Assembly (NCBI GenBank): GCA_001599295.1
Contig: BCGN01000008.1
Coordinates: 806,001 to 870,000, forward strand
DNA length: 64,000 bases
Source: Sporopachydermia quercuum
Lineage: Eukaryota
Direction: 5' to 3'
The position numbers and the translations under genes are program-made. Below the pieces are notes generated by a model. The model had not been told where the DNA came from. It made no database searches and was given only the letters and a program-made list of their open reading frames with translations. Below are positions 60,121 through 64,000 of this stretch, one piece after another (position 1 is the stretch's first letter; each line of letters opens with the position of its first letter).

Positions 60121-61540
60121 TCATTCAACTGGTAGCAACTGTTTCTTCTTTGGTTTTACAATGAATTTTTCATTCTCGATTGGCCATACACCACCAACTT
60201 TTTCTATCAACACCTTCCTGCTGATACTGAGCATAGATTCCAATTCACTGCACTTAAATGAGATATAAGAAGCACCTATCGTCTTTAATGCAGTATCAAC
60301 CATTTTTTCGTACCCTAAGTCCATCATTCTTTTGCTTAATTCATTGGTTTCCTCGCGATACAATTTGAACCAATTGACATAATCTTTGGTTGCCCAAGCA
60401 GTAATTAAATCTTTCAATTGTGTATCAGAAGATAAAAATTTGAACAGGGTTTCAACAGCTTGAGCATTTTCATTCATTACACACAGAGAATGTATTACCG
60501 AGCAAGTAATTATTTCTTTCAGTTCCTCACTAGTCAATTGATTATTCGAGTACGAAACATTAAGAAGATAGGCAACACTTGGTAAATATGATTCAAATTT
60601 ACCATGAAACGCCGCTAATCTGAAAGAAAACAAAGCTATCTCTTTTGTCATTTCTGTTGGTGGAACTGAAAGAATCGCTTCACGTAGCTTCCCTATATTA
60701 CTAGTTAATATTTAAAAATAATAACTGGAAAGTGTCTCCATTTCAATTCAAGACGTTTTTTAATATGTGCGAATAACACTTACTAAGGGCAAAAAGTATC
60801 GAGTCTAGTTTTATTGGTCTCGACCCAGCGGAATTAGTATTGTTGGTATTACTGTCTATTATCTGTTCTTTTATCTGTTCTTTGGTTATTGTATTATCAT
60901 TTGGATTGATACTTTGCAGCAAGTATTTAGTTCCCTCTTTATCGCTTTGTTGTTTGCAGTATAAGACAAACTATGTAGATGTTAATATACTTTTTGTAAT
61001 TATAATCTTTGGAAGTTTTCTCTGTATACCAATTTATTACTTCTTAGCTGCTTTTCTAGAACCAAACGTACCTCTTGTTTGACCTTTTCAAAAAACAATT
61101 GTCTGTCTTTTTCGTTGTCACGAAGCCTAAAAATTATAACAAATCATTAATATCACACAAAATAATAGAAATTATCAGTAACTGTAGTGGCTGACAGCTC
61201 CTTGTTTGAACCAAACATACCTTGTATCCTCACCGCGACTCACTAATCCATATTCCTCTTCTAGCGTTGGATCTGACTTGCTTGCAGCATTTTCCACCTT
61301 GAATTTGTTCCTCCTTTNTAGAATATCATCAAAATTCGACTGAAACCCACCTTGAATTATATCTGTTGAGTTATTTCTAGACTTGTCTCTTCTATTACTA
61401 TTTCTTGTATTCCTAGAAGATCGGGCAGATGATCCGGCGCCAGACGATGATGAGGTGCCGTTNTTATTGGTATTACCAGTACTGTTTCCTCCAAGGTAAG
61501 AATTGGACTTGTATCTATTATATCTATTGTTATTGCTCAT
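60121..61540 (-). CDS. PCI-domain (SAC3/GANP/CSN8-PSMD8-eIF3k-like) protein with low-complexity N-terminus; exons 61540-61221, 61126-61072, 60970-60784, 60692-60121
   Basis: Splicing gives EEYGLVSRGEDT|RLRDNEKDRQLFFEKVKQE|FVLYC...ILFAL|RKLREAI...FHGKFESYLPS...DYVNWF...ALKTIGASY. Donors GTATGT, GTACGT and GTAAGT with TAG acceptors, all in frame. Confidence 0.8.
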
Positions 61541-62416
61541 TTTTCTGTATTAATCACCAAGTTATTTATTCTGCTGAATATTCGGAATCATTTCTAGTGA
61601 TAGTACTAAGAACTAGGTGATCGATAATCGGCAACCTTTTGGCTTTCAATGCAACATTTCCCGCTNTTTAACTTCTGCAGCCTCTAATCTTTTCTTATCG
61701 CGTTATTCTAACTGATGGACAAGTTTAATCAGGAAAAAACAGTTGGTATATTAGTCCTAAACAAACGGATAAATTATAGAAATGAAAGAATGTATTAGTA
61801 TTGCTAAGATAATGTTAAGGCTTTACTAAACTATCAACAGTAAACTCATTACCCTTTGAGTAAATCACTCTCTCAACCTAACATATTATGAATGTTGGCA
61901 CCACAATGCCCTAATGTAGGCATATAAACTTTTCTGGAATAAAGTTAATAAATTATTCAAACGTTATTCCAGGCCTTTCAACTCTAATTCTGAGAGAGCT
62001 ATTCCGTCTTTGAAGTTGAGGAATGCTGGACGTATGAATGTTAGAACAGAGCGAGAAGAGGCTATTGAAAGAACACGAATAAACACGGAAGCCTCCGGCT
62101 TGCTGAAAATAATCAATTAACAACTTCACTATTCTTCCACTTGAAAGGCATTTCAAAATGGACGCAAAACAGTTCCGGTGCATTAGTGTAATGCCGTTCA
62201 TACCTCCTCATTACATAACGAAATATATATAAGAGTAAAGAGCATAGTATATTATATGGTTAAGTTATGGATAATTGATGATCTAGGTAAGACAATAAGA
62301 AACAAAACGCACTATTCACATTTGTCAACAAAACATAATTACAAAATATAGAGAAATAGATAAACAATCAGCTCGTCATTTGTTCCGAAATACCATCAAA
62401 TACGTTTAACCTCAAC

Positions 62417-64000
62417 TTATCGGTATCGCCTAAGTAACAATTGATACAGCCAGCTTTTCAAGTTACCTGACCGTATTATATTCTCAGCAATAAATCCAAG
62501 TGCTAGAACAGAGCATCCTAAACTCATTGTAAACACTAATGAATAACAATTATGGCCAATGATACACGCGTGAATCTCCTTGCCATCTTCTTTTGTTATG
62601 GTTTGAATATGTGAATCAAAAACTACGCCAAACAGGATATTAAAACTATATGAAGTTAAAATAGGTGCCATTGCAGTGAAACCATACGTTTGAGCAAAAT
62701 TCTTCAGTCCAAATGTATCAGCTATAATTGATGGGAACAATCCATAACAGAACCCATAAGCTAAACCTGTTGCTGACGATAGTATCCATAAACTATCAAT
62801 ATGGCTTATTAACATACCGAACATTTGATTTAGAACTGTTAAAACCCCTGGAACTAACAGAATATAATTCCTTGATAGTTTCAGTTTTGCATCAACATAA
62901 TCAGATAAAACACCAGCAGCAATTCTCCCTGAAAAACTTGCTATTGATATAAGTGCAACGTGATACTGTTGAATTTGCTGCACCTTTGGCTCATCCAGAT
63001 TCAAGCTGAATGTCAATGCCCTTATTATATATCCACAAGAGTAAATATATAATTGGCCAACACCAGAAAGAAGTCCCAATATAATAAAACAAGACCAGAA
63101 GGCAAAATGTTTCAATAATCTAATTCCTGCTGCTTCATGTAATTCATTGCTTAGTTTTTCCATTATCAGTTTAGGAGATGTAACCACTGGAGATAAAACA
63201 TCATTAGTCCGGCCAATACCAGGTTCAGCAACAAAGGGTGCAACTTCATTCAACATAGCACTTCCAAGTTTTGGACTGAAATATGCGTTACTACTTCTTG
63301 GGTCTGAAATATCATCATCTGCTTTCAATTTAGGTGTAGATACTCCAGAGCCTAATAAATGTAATTCAATATCTGATCCTCTGGAATTAAGAGCTGTATC
63401 TAATCTAAGATTTGCAGACCCTAATCTTTCCTTCAATTCGTCTTCTAATGATTCTCTATTCTTACCAGCTTGTGGTAAAGGATTATAAGCGATACTAGAA
63501 ACTGTGGCTGATGTTGTCATGAAAGGCAATGACAAAACACTGAAAATAATTGATGAAACTATCAGTAAAACTAATAAGTGTTCAGTACTGCCTGGAAAAG
63601 CCAAAGATGCAATAAACGAGTAAAACGAAGCTGAAAGGCCAAATGCCGACACTGGCATAGCAGAAGCTAATGCTTTTTGTCTTGGGAAATTAACGGTACA
63701 GCATTTGATAGCTGCAGTGACTCCTAATTGACTACCAATCCCAACCAGTGATAAAGACAATGCAACAACCAAAAAATGACCCGTGGCCTTAACGTATGCC
63801 AACCATATAAAATAATATCCTAACGCNTTGATTAACCCACAAAATAATACTGGTAAGAAAAATCCTTTCTTATCAACAAAGTAGCCAGCAATAGGTCCAA
63901 CCAGCGACATTCCTAATGAGCCAATTAATATAATTGATGATGTTTCTGTAGTTGTAAAATTCAATCTAGTAGCTAATTGAGTACTATAAGCTGAAAACAT
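62417..64000 (-). CDS. MCH1 / nodulin-like MFS transporter, 5' end beyond the window edge
   Basis: FSAYSTQL, GYFVDKKG, NFP..ASAMPVSAFGLSA, GRIAAGVLSD, GLAYG...FG...YG, C-terminal CIIGHNCY. The ORF runs to the window end within TM1. Confidence 0.85.
   Translation of the reverse strand: MFSAYSTQLATRLNFTTTETSSIILIGSLGMSLVGPIAGYFVDKKGFFLPVLFCGLIXALGYYFIWLAYVKATGHFLVVALSLSLVGIGSQLGVTAAIKCCTVNFPRQKALASAMPVSAFGLSASFYSFIASLAFPGSTEHLLVLLIVSSIIFSVLSLPFMTTSATVSSIAYNPLPQAGKNRESLEDELKERLGSANLRLDTALNSRGSDIELHLLGSGVSTPKLKADDDISDPRSSNAYFSPKLGSAMLNEVAPFVAEPGIGRTNDVLSPVVTSPKLIMEKLSNELHEAAGIRLLKHFAFWSCFIILGLLSGVGQLYIYSCGYIIRALTFSLNLDEPKVQQIQQYHVALISIASFSGRIAAGVLSDYVDAKLKLSRNYILLVPGVLTVLNQMFGMLISHIDSLWILSSATGLAYGFCYGLFPSIIADTFGLKNFAQTYGFTAMAPILTSYSFNILFGVVFDSHIQTITKEDGKEIHACIIGHNCYSLVFTMSLGCSVLALGFIAENIIRSGNLKSWLYQLLLRRYR

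Overview
Eukaryotic DNA from an AT-rich, intron-rich budding yeast, probably an early-diverging Saccharomycotina lineage (inference). It uses the standard code: CTG falls at conserved Leu positions. I can support 26 protein-coding genes. Nine are spliced (18 introns reconstructed by hand), so several ORF-track calls are truncated or mis-started. The genes are an MMTAG2-like gene, ZIM17, RFA2, a Mid2-like sensor, an ADP/ATP carrier, a GT8 glycosyltransferase, SFH5, a Jjj2-like J-protein, MCD4, an AIG2/GGCT protein, ILT1, a hAT-transposase-derived protein, an MFS transporter, an RraA/HMG aldolase, DJP1, MRPS5, GPC1, MED6, MSS51, a possible Usa1-like membrane protein, a prenylcysteine lyase, NudE/NDL1, CPS1, a PCI-domain protein and a 5'-truncated MCH1-like MFS. 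The most notable feature is an intact 968-aa hAT-transposase-derived gene (26577-29483). It keeps the BED finger, two catalytic Asp positions and the hATC domain, but has lost CxxH, RW and the catalytic Glu, and I see no terminal repeats, so it is a candidate domesticated transposase. Other leads are a highly structured AAC intron whose first hairpin covers the 5' splice site, a palindromic ACGT/UPRE-like module upstream of MCD4, and scattered Ns that behave like heterozygous SNPs. I found no tRNA, rRNA or CRISPR. All family calls come from recognising motifs by eye; no database searches were run.
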